Under the pieces are notes generated by a model. It worked only from the letters and a program-made list of their open reading frames with translations. It was not told where the DNA came from and searched no databases. Positions 1-12,485 of a DNA stretch of 64,000 nucleotides are shown one piece after another. A program made the position numbers and the translations under genes. Source of the stretch: Octopus sinensis (lineage: Eukaryota); assembly GCF_006345805.1 (NCBI RefSeq), contig NC_042999.1, positions 112,158,001-112,222,000 of the forward strand. Reading direction: 5' to 3'. Numbering within the stretch: the first letter of the stretch is position 1; each line of letters opens with the position of its first letter.

Positions 1-2239
1 TATCGTATAGGTTTATGGTACTTCATTACATTTCCTCAAATTCTAACTTTCCTTTTTGATTTGTTGGTTGGGTTTTAGTCTTTGTTTTTTCGTTGTTTTT
101 GCTTTTCTTGTTTTGGTGGTGGCTTTCTTTGTAGAAGAATTCAGGCAGAGGTAGGTTGGTGGGTTTTTTTGTAAGTGGGGTAGGTAGTTTTTGAAACCCT
201 GATCTCTGTGTTTGACAGGTTGTTTCAAGTAGTTAGTTTTGAAATTGGTGAGGCAGTTAACTAAACAAACTGCTGCCATTTTTAGATTATGTGTGTGTAT
301 GTGTATGTGCCTCTGTGTGTGTGTGTGTATGTGTGTGCATCTTCACATATATATTTAATCTTTATATTCACTCTGTCTCTTTCTCACTCTCTTTATGTAT
401 ACATATATACTTATATAGACAGTCAGACTGATGGTAGATAGATATGTTGAGGGAGATAGAAAGAGAGAGGAAAAAACAGATGTGTGTGTGTGTACAGATA
501 GATAGATAGGTATTCTAACACCCAAATGAAACTATTTTATAAGTGTGTGGATGTGTGTTAATAAATACATATATCTATATATATATATATATATATACAT
601 AGAATATATGTGTATGTACTCTTTTACATGATGGGGGTCCACAAATATATATAGAGAGATCATAGATAATATATGGATATTAACTCTATTTTATAAATTT
701 ATATACTTACCTATATGTACATTTATATAATCGGCATATATATATATATGAATGCTTTTACACATATATATATGCACACACAATACACTCTCTCACACAC
801 TTAAACATATAAGATTTATAATATATATTGACATATTATATATATTGCAAGCCAGTCCAGCCTATGACCACATGCAGAAACAAATATTAAATGCATAATG
901 ACAATAATGGCATGTATATATACTTATCTATTATATAAAATCTGCTCTGTCTGTGTGTGTGTGTCTTCTAGGATCTCGGACATCCTCCATCCGAACGCAC
1001 TCAAATTTGATATGTAGATACCAATGGTATCAGGGCATGTATAAGTCTTGAAAAAATTACAAAAATCGATTCCAGGTGAGAATGCAATCGATAAAGCCGT
1101 GGGAACGTGCATTTGTACATGCAAGTTCATCAGCTATTGCGATCGTACGCGAGAAGAATGCACGTGCAGTTTGCACAAAAGAAGCCAGCCGGCTTGAAAT
1201 AATGCCCCAAAATGCAGTATATTTAAGAGACCAAAAAAGTAAAATGCAAAAGAGATATCTTCTTTAAACTTGGCATGAAGGAAGGAAAGACTATTTGGTT
1301 TCTCAAGAAGTTTTTTTTGTTTTTTGCCTTAACTTCGTTTAACAAAACCAAAACTTTTATTGAAATAAAGGCATGTTTGATTATTTTTTAATGTAAAGAA
1401 AACACTGATTGCTTTTTATTCAGCAGATATGATTCAGCACCGTCCATTGGTCTGGGGGTGTTTTGCTCGTATACTTATATAAGTGTGTATGCTATTCCTG
1501 TGTTTTGACTTACCATACTAAATGTAAATTAAAAAGCTGTCATACTAACAATGTTATTTATTTACAAGCTTAAGCAAACATGTCTGGCCATTGAGCTGTT
1601 CCTTGTTGAAGGAGCAGAGGAAATACCACCTTGCGTGGAAACTGACAAGGATTAGTGACAGGAAGAGCATCATCAGACTTTAGAAAATACACCTCAACAT
1701 GTTTCAAATGATACATACAAACATGGAAAACTGAACATAAAATGGTGGTGGTGATGGTGGTGGTGGTGGTGGTGACAGCAGAGATGGGTACAGGGCTGGC
1801 AGTGACAGTGAGATTTGGCAGTGGCAGAGGGAGAGGGTAGCAAAGGAGGTGAAAGCTGCAATGGCAACAGTGGCAGAGGTGGCAGTGGTAGTGGTAGTAG
1901 TAGTGGTTGTGGTTGTGGTGGTGGGGTTTGCTGACAGTGATGACGGTGGTAATAGTGAATACAGTGATGATGAGAAGGAGGATGAGAACAAGAATGACAA
2001 CAACAATGCTGATGATGATAAATGTTGATATGAAATTTATTTGGGGAATTCTATCAAAGAGAAAATGTGTAAAGGAAAGTTACATGAGCTGTGATTCAAA
2101 AGACTGCATTACCAAAAAGTGTTAGACTGAAATCGCCTGAAGATTATGGTACTGTTAAATGTATCTGTAGAATACTGAATATTTCAATGTGCAGCTAGAT
2201 TTCTTGATCGACTAGCTGAAAATCCCATATCTTGGAATC

Positions 2240-2311
2240 AAATACATATATTTATATATGTATATATATGTGAATGTGTTTGTGGTTATATATATGATGT
2301 ATGTATATATG

Positions 2312-2358
<47 letters not shown>

Positions 2359-2397
2359 TATACATATATACATGTATATATATATATACATATATAC

Positions 2398-2450
<53 letters not shown>

Positions 2451-2623
2451 ATATATATCATATATATCTATATATATACATATATATAATATATATATAT
2501 ACATATATATACATATACATATATATTATATACATATACATATATATCTATATATATACATATATAATATATATATATACATATATAATTATATATATAC
2601 ATATATATATTAATATATTATAC

Positions 2624-2656
<33 letters not shown>

Positions 2657-2665
2657 ATATACATA

Positions 2666-2701
<36 letters not shown>

Positions 2702-2909
2702 CATATATACATATATATATATACATATATATTATTATATTATATATACTATATATATATATTATTATATATATATATATTATATATATACATATATATA
2801 TTTAAATATGCATAAACATTTTAAAATGATACATTCATACACACAAATGCATGCAGGTATATACATATATATACAAATGTATGTATATATGTATGTATGT
2901 ATGTATGTG

Positions 2910-2962
<53 letters not shown>

Positions 2963-2970
2963 CATATATA
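2240..2970. repeat. (TA)n/(TACA)n microsatellite block, representative of dozens of similar tracts in the window
   Basis: Direct dinucleotide repeats; the overlapping Y/I-rich ORFs are translation artefacts. Confidence 0.95.
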
Positions 2971-3817
2971 TAAGCAGATCTAGATAGGGTAGATAGATAG
3001 ATAGATATAGATAAATTTACAGATATGCACATATATAAATACATGTGTATATTTAGAGAGATAGATGTATACATAGACATATACACACAAGTATACATAC
3101 TTACATACATACATACTTACATACATTCATTCATATATACATACATATGCACAAATATACATACACATATACATCTTATTTGATCCTTCTTCTGAAAGTG
3201 AAAGTAATTGCAGAGCCCAACCTCCTTGTTCCATATTCCTCCCTTTTCCAGGGCTCATCTTTCAGGAAATAGATTACATTATGAACTTGTAATGGAATAG
3301 ATATTTCAATCTTTCTCTCTTTCCATTGCTAAAATATTTTGGCGCATCTTTTTAATAACAAACAGATTTTTTTTTTAAGTATTTTCTTCATTTGCCAAAG
3401 TCCTTTAAAATAACTGAAAAGTAAAGATACATATTTTTTTATCTTTAAAGTAAAAATCAAAACACATCAGAGAGAAATTCATGCACACCTAACCTACTAT
3501 AGTGTCTCACTTGCACAATATTTTCATTCACAAAACAGAGAAAAAAAATATATATTATTCATGTATGCATATAAATGTATAAACAAGCATATGTGCATAC
3601 AGATATAAGAGGTAGGTATATGTGTAAATATACATACATACACACACATACACACATATATATATAAAGTCTGAGAGAGAGTGAGATATTGCTATACAGA
3701 TAGCAATAGCATGTACGTATATGATATATATTTATAAATACGTATATATACTTATATATGTGTGCATATATACATATATATAAAAATATATACTATTTAT
3801 ATATATATATATATATA

Positions 3818-3848
<31 letters not shown>

Positions 3849-4034
3849 CAACTATATATATCTAGAAATACATATATAAACATATATACCAATGCCCTGG
3901 GATAATACAGGTAATGGATACCGATAGTATATACAGATATTTTCTCCCTTAGTCAGTTACTATAACTGCTAACTCTGTTTACATACATATATATATATAT
4001 ATATATAAGTGTGTGTGTGTGTGTGTGTGTAAAG

Positions 4035-4727
4035 TTGGACATAAGAGGCTTCAGATGTGGTGTGCAAAGGAGACCACTGCACTGGTATAGTCATGTGTTG
4101 TGCATGAATGTGGTAGAGGGAGCCTGTGTAAGCGGCAGACCCAGGAAGACCTGGGATGAGATGTTGAAGCACGACCTTTGAACGTTGGCCCTCACCGAGG
4201 CAATGACAAGTGACCAAGACCCTTGGAGATATGCAGTGCATTAAAAGACCTGTCAAGCCAGGTGAGACCGTAACCGTGGCCTTTGCCAGTGCAGCATAAC
4301 CAGCCCATTTAAGTGTACCATTCAATCATTGGGCAATAAACTGTGCTTGCAAAGACCTGTTGAGGCAAGTGAAGTCGTTGTCGTGGCTGATGACAGTACC
4401 ACTTGATTGGCACCCATGCCAGTGGCACATAAAAAGCACCATTCAAGTGTAGTTGTTGCCAGTGCCACCTGTCTGGCTCCCGTACCAGTGGCACATAAAA
4501 AACACCATCCAAGCATGGCCAATGCCAGTACCACCTGACTGGCCCTCATGCCTGTGGCCTATAAAAAGCATCACTCTAAGAGTGGTTGGTATTAGGAAGG
4601 GCATCCAGCTGTAGAAACAGTGCCAGATCTAAATGGAGCCTGGTGCAGCCTTCTGGCTCTCCAGTCAAACCATCCAACCCATGCCAGCATGGAAAGTGGA
4701 CGTTAAATGACGACGACAATAATGATA
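4035..4727 (+). mobile_element. RTE-clade LINE 3' fragment (end of ORF plus 3' UTR)
   Basis: Decayed reading resembling L.WY.HV..M and RPRKTWDE..KHDL; UTR has 3 internal 'tgccagtggcacataaaaagcacc'-like subrepeats and ends 'catgccagcatggaaagtggacgttaaatgacgacgac'; related tails near 860-905, 1580-1760, 25285-25555. Confidence 0.7.
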
Positions 4728-4769
4728 TATATATACAATCATCAACATTTTCACCATTATCATCTCTTA

Positions 4770-4926
4770 GCAAATCAACCCCAGGACTTATTCTTTGTAA
4801 GCCTAGTACTTATTCTATCAGTAAATTTTGCCAAACTGCTAAGTTACGGGGACGTAAACACACCATCATTGGTTGTCAAGTGATGTTGGGGGGGACAAAC
4901 AAAGACACACAAACACACACACACAC

Positions 4927-4988
<62 letters not shown>

Positions 4989-5149
4989 CGATGGGCTTCT
5001 TTCAGTTTCCGTCTACCAAATCCACTCACAAGGCTTTGGTCGGCCCGAGGCTATAGTAGAAGATACTTGCCCAAAGTGCCACGCAGTGGGACTGAACCTG
5101 GAATCATGTGGTTGGTAAGCAAGCTACTTACCACACAGCCACTCCTGCA
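4770..5149 (-). mobile_element. tRNA-derived SINE family A (internal TA/TG microsatellite)
   Basis: Reverse complement of the family A copy at 45724-46131 (head 'ggagtggctgtgtggtaagtagcttgcttaccaaccacatg...ggttcagtcccactgcg'). Confidence 0.85.
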
Positions 5150-5782
5150 CTTATATAGATAGATAGATAGATAGATAGAGATATATATACACACACATAC
5201 ATATACATGTATAAGCATATGAAATGTGTGTCTGCGTGTGTGAATACATATTTTGTTTATGTGAATATATATGTATTTTATCATATAATACATAATGTAT
5301 GCACGTATGTATGTATGTATGTATGTATGTATGTATGTATGATGTATGTATGTATGTATGTATGCATGCATGTATTTATCGCTCAGTCACTTATAACTTG
5401 ACAGAGAAGTAGATATGCAAATATGTGAATATAAACATACATAGTTATTTTCATCCAATTGCTTTTAAAAGTATAATATTCTATTTAAAAACTCTAAACA
5501 AAAATAGTTCATCCTTACTTCTATTCACAAACACAATCATAAACACATGTTGATATAATGAGGTTGGTACATGTGCATATATATGCATAGTTCTATATAT
5601 ATGTCCTTTTGAATGTGTATGATAGACTGATATACATTCATACATGTATGAATATAGATATTTGGTTGTAGATTAAAAGTGTATCAAGATATTAATGTAT
5701 CTGTGTGTGTGTGTGTTTGTATACATATCTATATGCATGTATATGTATCTACATACATATGCACATACATGCGTATAATATA

Positions 5783-6846
5783 TATATTTTGCTTTACGAG
5801 TCCAATGAAGGCAACAACTTAATGAAAAGTGTGAGGAATATTAATGCAGTATATGCAGATTGGACAATACGCATAAGCCAATGGCAATAGTGGTTCCAGA
5901 AATCCTGAACCGAAAACTACAGCCTAGAAGACAAGCCATGTCCTGGAAAATCTGTAGAGCTCAACAAGGATGTCCTACAAATCCTGGTGGAACAAAATTC
6001 CACCATAACTAGCAGAGAAGCTTGAATTTGGTCATTCAACCATTCACCAACACCTGCATGCCATTGGAAAAGTCAGCAAATTTGCTCAATGGGTTCCTCA
6101 CAAACTTTCCCAGTCTAATTTCACACAGAGAGGGAATGTGTGCTTTTCATTGCTGTCACATCTCGCGAATGAACCTTTGTTTGGACCGAATAGTGACTGG
6201 TGATGAGAGACGAGTTCTCTATAAAAATGTCAAGCACCAAATACAGTGGGTAAGGAAAGGAGAAACACCAGCACCCCAGGTTAAATAAGGCCTTCACCTA
6301 CATAAGGTGTTGTCATCGGTTTGGTGGGATATGAAAGGTTTAGTCAACTTTGAACTTTTAAACTCAAACCAAACGATAACAAATGAGATCTCCTGTGACC
6401 AGCTTGTGCAGCTTACATCAACGCTAGAAGAAAAACAACCATCTTTGGTTTCAAGATGAAAGATGTTCTTCCATCAGAATAATGTCTAGCCAAATACTGC
6501 AAGGATGACATTCCATAGGCTGGAGCAGTTTAAATGAGAAACGATGCCCCACCCATCATATTCGCCAGACATTGCCCCATCCGATTATCATTTATTCCAC
6601 AGTCTTAAAAATCACTTGGACAAAAAAAATATGAATTCTGTAAGGTGAGAACAATACTGGAAGAGTATTTTTCATCATGGACAAATAAATTTTGAAAGTG
6701 GGGCCTTGCAAGTCTATCAGATAGATGGAAAATCATTGTAGAAAATGAAGGAGAGTATATTTTAGATTAAAAAAGAACTTAGTTTATCTTAATTTTAAAA
6801 AATAAAAGAAGTATAAAAAACTGTATTATTTATTGGATGACCCAAT
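5783..6846 (+). mobile_element. Decayed mariner (Mos1-like) transposon
   Basis: Frameshifted motifs WFQK..SLEDKP, RIVTGDE, HPSYSPDIAPSDYHLF; right end 'ttattggatgacccaata' followed by TA. Confidence 0.85.
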
Positions 6847-6999
6847 ATATACATATATACATATATAAATATATATATATTTGAATAAAAGAAAGGTAAA
6901 AATACAGCTTGCTAAAGATGAACGCGAAAATTTCAAAAACCACCAATACTATGGTAAATACACACATGAGCAATGCAATGAACACTTTAAAAAATAGGC

Positions 7000-8060
7000 C
7001 TACCTTCAGGATGGAATTTGAAGATAGTTTACATACCCCAATATCAACTGATTTCATGCTGTGCACGAGAAAACATTGTTGTCTATGTGGAAAGGACTAA
7101 TGGCTTAGCTGATAAAGAGGTGAATTTAGAAATCACTTCTAGAGTAGGTGAAGTGGATAATAGCAACAGAAGTAGTAGAACTATTAAATGCAATTGTGCA
7201 AGAAACAGAGTTTGTCTGTTTAACTCTAATCGTAGACTTTAAAATATTGTATACAGATGTAAGTTTACCACAGAGAGTAGTGAGTATTTCTATATAGGAG
7301 CTAGCTCATGTTATATAAAGCAGAGAATTGCTTTTCATTTGAGTTCATTTAGTAATAGGTACAAAATGAATACTACCAGCCTTAGTAAGCTAATTTGGGC
7401 ACAAAAACATTATAACAAACTATTTTTGATTGATTGATTGAGAAATAATTAGTAAAGCAAAACTTTATAGAATAGGCAACTATAGACGTGACTACGTGTG
7501 GAAGAAATGTACCAAATTTTCACTTCTAAATTTACTCTTATAAACACTAGACAATATGTCCACACTGAATAAAATATACGTCTAAACGATTTAAAGAAAC
7601 ACAACATGCCATCTATAGTAATTATACTAGTTAAAATAATGACTGTGATAATTAATGATATTTATGCAAATAATACTAATAAATATAATTATAATAATAA
7701 CACCAATATCAATTGAGGGTATAAACCCAAAATAAGTGAAATACCTCTGAATAAATAGTGTACTCCATACAGTAAAATGTAAACAAAACTACTACAATTA
7801 ATTGTGATATAATTAAACATTTTAAAACCACGATTCAACTGTAATACCGATACAGGTGATTATAATACCAGAATTCAATTCGATCTAAAAAGTAATGCTA
7901 TCACCTTCAACTGAATACCAACACAGGAAGCTTGTTTGAATTAGTTCACATTGAACACGCTGTAAGTGATGGACCCTTGATAAAATTGCTGTGACTAGGA
8001 TGCATAAATGTATACCAAGCAATCTATAGTTGCTGCAGTTGAAACATATGTTGGTCATTA
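7000..8060 (+). mobile_element. Penelope-like element 3' remnant (GIY-YIG endonuclease plus 3' region with hammerhead)
   Basis: About 7185-7400 reads IKCNCARNRVCLFNSNRRL*NIVYRCKFTTESSEYFYIGASSCYIKQRIAFHLSSF..TSLSKLIW, paralogous to the 57099-57790 copy. Confidence 0.75.
7972..8056 (+). ncRNA. Degenerate type I hammerhead ribozyme, U3-A8 core, extended stem II
   Basis: GACC(C)-TTGATAA-AATTGC...GCAGTT-GAA-ACATATGT(palindrome)-T-GGTC. Confidence 0.55.
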
Positions 8061-8143
8061 TTATATATACTGTAGAAAATCTTTTAATAAAAAAGTTTTG
8101 GATGTGAATAAGTCTCCACCCACTTCTTTGTTTTCAGTTTTTG

Positions 8144-8174
<31 letters not shown>

Positions 8175-8788
8175 GAGAGAGAGAGAGATAGGGCGGGAGA
8201 TATTGAAATATAGGTGTATGAATGAGTACATACAGAGATAAATATGTTTATACACACGCAAACATGTTCACACACACATACACACATATACATATAAACT
8301 AAAAAATGAGGACAAGTAGACAAGAGAAAACTTACTATAGAAAGTAGAGTTATTTAAATTATATTCATTGGATACTGAAAAACCTCACCATTCATCTGAA
8401 TTTCTCGTTTCTGATTTTCAGTTAATCATGTTACATTTATGAGATTTACACACTTGTCCAGACACACACGCACACATGAATATATGTGTGCGAGTGTGTG
8501 TGTATATATATATATATATGTATGTATAAGGATAAGATCGTTAATTTAAAATAAAATAACGAACTTATCAAGTGGTCAGCATGGAAAAAATAACCTTCAA
8601 AGGTAATAATTATTAAAATTATAAATTAGTCTATCTACGAGATACCACCATGCTGAAAATAGCAGCCATGAACCGACTCTAAAACCACCTTAAGTTTTCA
8701 TATAGCAACATGGAGAAAAGACAGAGGGACAAGATGAAACTAGTAAAAAATCACTGGATAATTCTAGATCCCGGATTTCCGACTTTGC

Positions 8789-8985
8789 ATTTAGAAATGC
8801 TTTGCCTTGTCAGTGAACAGGTTACGGCCTCAAAGCGACGAAAATATTTTGGCAAATTAAATTTAAATGTTGAAGTGAATCTAACGTTTTTTATGTGTTT
8901 CTTAAATGGCTTATAAGCACCTTCGATGCTGCAATTGTTTTCGTTCCAGCACACGAACTCAGATCAGGTCACTTGCTATGCAATA
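8789..8985 (+). repeat. ~195-bp dispersed repeat (probable Penelope pseudo-LTR/retrozyme fragment), left inverted copy
   Basis: Reverse complement of 12671-12865 with 3 substitutions seen by eye; ends in (TA)n; contains a minimal hammerhead. Confidence 0.85.
8807..8855 (+). ncRNA. Minimal type I hammerhead ribozyme with swapped G3-C8 core
   Basis: TTGTCA-GTGAACA-G-GTTAC.ggcctcaaa.GCGAC-GAA-AATATT(palindrome)-T-TGGCAA; stem I TTGTCA/TGGCAA. Confidence 0.6.
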
Positions 8986-8994
8986 TATATATAT

Positions 8995-9330
8995 ATCTGC
9001 CCAATTCAAGATCACAGCATACATGTACACTGCAACATAATTTCTTTTCATCAACAGGCCCTGCCCAATTTAACATTGTCCCGAGGGAGATCAAAGAGGA
9101 AAAGGATCCCATCAACTTTAAACGGAGTCTGGATAGATTCCTTCAAAGAATACCAGATAAGCCACCCATAATTGGATACAACTCACCCACAAGAACTCAC
9201 TACTTGAATGGACCATAAACAAAACTTGACTTAAACAGGATTCGAATAATCCTATCAGGTGGTGCTATTAGTTAGACATGGCCTGGACCAATCTTTGGTC
9301 GAACACATATCTAAGTTTATCTAAGTTTAT
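8995..9330 (+). mobile_element. CR1/L2-group LINE 3' end
   Basis: ORF 8895-9218 ends GPAQFNIVPREIK..FKRSLDRFLQRIPDKP; 3' stem-loop GACCAA/TTGGTC and ATCTAAGTTT x2 tail. Confidence 0.75.
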
Positions 9331-9600
9331 ATATATATAATATATAATATATATATTATATATATATATTATTCATAATTAATCATATAGGGTGCCAAAA
9401 AAAATTTTGTAGAATTTTTTTGCCACCAGCGGCCTAGTGGGAAAAAATTAAATAGTCATAGACCATTTTTAAGTCAACATCAACAATCAAGGAACGGCCA
9501 TAATAGGCCATTCACCACTAGAAATAACAGCCAAAGCTTCAACCGCAAATAAAAGTCAATTCCGTAAACAGGAGAAAATTTAAAAAACATTTACCCTGTA

Positions 9601-9707
9601 ATTTCTTATACGGTGCACCGTTTCGTCTGCTGTTTAATGGTAAACTAACCTGATTAAATTAAATCAAGCCAATCTTCCATAGGCCCTCAGATTCTTCAGT
9701 AAGAAAT
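9601..9707 (-). ncRNA. Type I hammerhead ribozyme, array unit 1
   Basis: Minus strand ATTTCTTA-CTGAAGA-ATCTG..long hairpin..CAGAC-GAA-ACGGTGCACCGT-A^TAAGAAAT; predicted GUA cleavage between 9609 and 9608. Confidence 0.85.
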
Positions 9708-10090
9708 AGCCACAAGTCGGAACAGATATTTACACGAGGCATTTCCGACCCTGCCAAGTTAATATCTGACCTAAAATTTTCAAATCATCGCACTCGCGCC
9801 AAATTTATCGGCAGCAAATAAATATAAGCCGTCGATTCCATTACGGAATTAACCAGAAAATTCATAATTAATCAATATAGGGTGCCAAAAAAATTTTGTA
9901 GAATTTTTTGCCACCAGCGGCCTAGTGGGAAAAAATTAAATAGTCATAGACCATTTTTAAGTTCAACATCAACAATCAAGGAACGGCCATAATAGGCCAT
10001 TCACCCACTAGAAATAACAGCCAAAGCTTCAACCGCAAATAAAAGTCAATTCCGTAAACAGGAGAAAATTTTAAAAACATTTACCCTGTA

Positions 10091-10195
10091 ATTTCTTATA
10101 CGGTGCACCGTTTCGTCTGCTGTTAATGGTAAACTAACCTGATTAAATTAAATCAAGCCAATCTTCATAGGCCCTCAGATTCTTCAGTAAGAAAT
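10091..10195 (-). ncRNA. Type I hammerhead ribozyme, array unit 2
   Basis: Same core and stems as unit 1. Confidence 0.85.
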
Positions 10196-10577
10196 AGCCA
10201 CAAGTCGGAACAGATATTTACACGAGGCATTTCCGACCCTGCCAAGTTAATATCTGACCTAAAATTTTCAAATCATCGCACTCGCGCCAAATTTATCGGC
10301 AGCAAATAAAATAAGCCGTCGATTCCATTACGGAATTAACCAGAAAATTCATAATTAATCAATATAGGGTGCAAAAAAAATTTTGTAGAATTTTTTTGCC
10401 ACCAGCGCGCCTAGTGGGAAAAAGTTAAATAGTCATAGACCATTTTTAAGTTCAACATCAACAATCAAGGAACGGCCATAATAGGCCATTCACCCACTAG
10501 AAATAACAGCCAAGCTTCAACCGCAAATAAAAGTCAATTCCGTAACAGGAGAAAATTTAAAAAACATTTACCCTGTA

Positions 10578-10684
10578 ATTTCTTATACGGTGCACCGTTT
10601 CGTCTGCTGGTTAATGGTAAACTAACCTGATTAAATTAAATCAAGCCAATCTTCCATAGGCCCTCAGATTCTTCAGTAAGAAAT
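10578..10684 (-). ncRNA. Type I hammerhead ribozyme, array unit 3
   Basis: Same core and stems as unit 1. Confidence 0.85.
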
Positions 10685-11068
10685 AGCCACAAGTCGGAAC
10701 AGATATTTACACGAGGCATTCCCGACCCTGCCAAGTTAATATCTGACCTAAAATTTTCAAATCATCGCACTCGCGCCAAATTTATCGGCAGCAAATAAAT
10801 ATAAGCCGTCGATTCCATTACGGAATTAACCAGAAAATTCATAATTAATCAATATAGGGTGCCAAAAAAAATTTTGTAGAATTTTTTTGCCACCAGCGGC
10901 CTAGTGGGAAAAAATTAAATAGTCATAGACCATTTTTAGTTCAACATCAACAATCAAGGAACGGCCATAATAGGCCATTCACCCACTAGAATAACAGCCA
11001 AAGCTTCAACCGCAAATAAAAGTTCAATTCCGTAAACAGGAGAAAATTAAAAAAACATTTACCCTGTA

Positions 11069-11175
11069 ATTTCTTATACGGTGCACCGTTTCGTCTGCTG
11101 TTTAATGGTAAACTAACCTGATTAAATTAAATCAAGCCAATCTTCCATAGGCCCTCAGATTCTTCAGTAAGAAAT
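11069..11175 (-). ncRNA. Type I hammerhead ribozyme, array unit 4
   Basis: Same core and stems as unit 1. Confidence 0.85.
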
Positions 11176-11891
11176 AGCCACAAGTCGGAACAGATATTTA
11201 CACGAGGCATTTCCGACCCTGCCAAGTTAATATCTGACCTAAAATTTTCAAATCATCGCACTCGCGCCAAATTTATCGGCAGCAAATAAATATAAGCCGT
11301 CGATTCCATTACGGAATTAACCAGAAAATTCATAATTAATCAATATAGGGTGCCAAAAAAAGTTTTGTAGAATTTTTTTGCCACCAGCGGCCTAGTGGGA
11401 AAAAATTAAATAGTCATAGACCATTTTTAAGTTCAACATCAACAATCAAGGAACGGCCATAATAGGCCATTCACCCACTAGAAATAACAGCCAAAGCTTC
11501 AACCGTAAATAAAAGTCATTCCGTAAACAGGAGAAAATTTAAAAAACATTTACCCTGTAATTTCTTATACGGTGCACCGTTTCGTCTGCTGTTAATGGTA
11601 AACTAACTGATTAAATTAAATCAAGCCAATCTTCCAATGTTGAACTTAAAAATGGTCTATGACTATTTAATTTTTCCACTAGGCCGCTGGTGGCAAAAAA
11701 ATTCTACAAAATTTTTTTTGGCACCCTATATTGATTAATTATGAAATTTTGGTAATTCCGTAATGGAATCGACGGCTTATATTTATTTGCTGCCGATAAA
11801 TTTGGCGCGAGTGCGATGATTTGAAAATTTTAGGTCAATAACTTGGAGGGTCGGAAATGCCTCGTGTAAATATCTGTTCCGACTTGTGGCT

Positions 11892-11995
11892 ATTCTTACT
11901 GAAGAATCTGAGGGCCTATGGAAGATTGGCTTGATTTAATTAATCAGGTTAGTTTACCATTAAACAGCAGACGAAACGTGCACCGTATAAGAAAT
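11892..11995 (+). ncRNA. Type I hammerhead ribozyme, inverted unit A (1-nt deletions in stems I and III)
   Basis: ATTCTTA-CTGAAGA...CAGAC-GAA-ACGTGCACCGT-A-TAAGAAAT; the indels may be consensus errors. Confidence 0.7.
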
Positions 11996-12378
11996 TACAG
12001 GTAAATGTTTTTTAAATTTTCTCCTGTTTACGGAATTGACTTTTATTTGCGGTTGAAGCTTTGGCTGTTATTTATTCTAGTGGGGAATGGCCTATATGGC
12101 CGTTCCTTGATTGTTGATGTTGAACTTAAAAATGGTCTATGACTATTTAATTTTTTCCCACTAGGCGCTGGTGGCAAAAAAATTCTACAAAATTTTTTTT
12201 GGCACCCTATATTGATTAATTATGAATTTTCTGGTTAATTCCGTAATGGAATCGACGGCTTATATTTATTTGCTGCCGATAAATTTGGCGCGAGTGCGAT
12301 GATTTGAAAATTTTAGGTCAGATATTAACTTGGCAGGGTCGGAAATGCCTCGTGTAAAATCTGTTCCGACTTGTGGCT

Positions 12379-12485
12379 ATTTCTTACTGAAGAATCTGAG
12401 GGCCTATGGAAGATTGGCTTGATTTAATTTAATCAGGGTAGTTTACCATTAAACAGCAGACGAAACGGTGCACCGTATAAGAAAT
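12379..12485 (+). ncRNA. Type I hammerhead ribozyme, inverted unit B
   Basis: ATTTCTTA-CTGAAGA-ATCTG...CAGAC-GAA-ACGGTGCACCGT-A(12477)^TAAGAAAT. Confidence 0.85.

Noticed and set aside
8710-8954. Duplicated ORFs shared with 12701-12958
   Set aside because: By-product of the 195-bp inverted repeat; open on both strands with no protein motif
9286-9310. GACCAA-tct-TTGGTC-GAA as hammerhead stem II
   Set aside because: No CUGANGA-like core upstream; better explained as the CR1-type 3' stem-loop
9716-9775. Pseudoknot as a permuted pistol, twister or HDV ribozyme
   Set aside because: Topology is only loosely similar and the conserved catalytic nucleotides could not be placed
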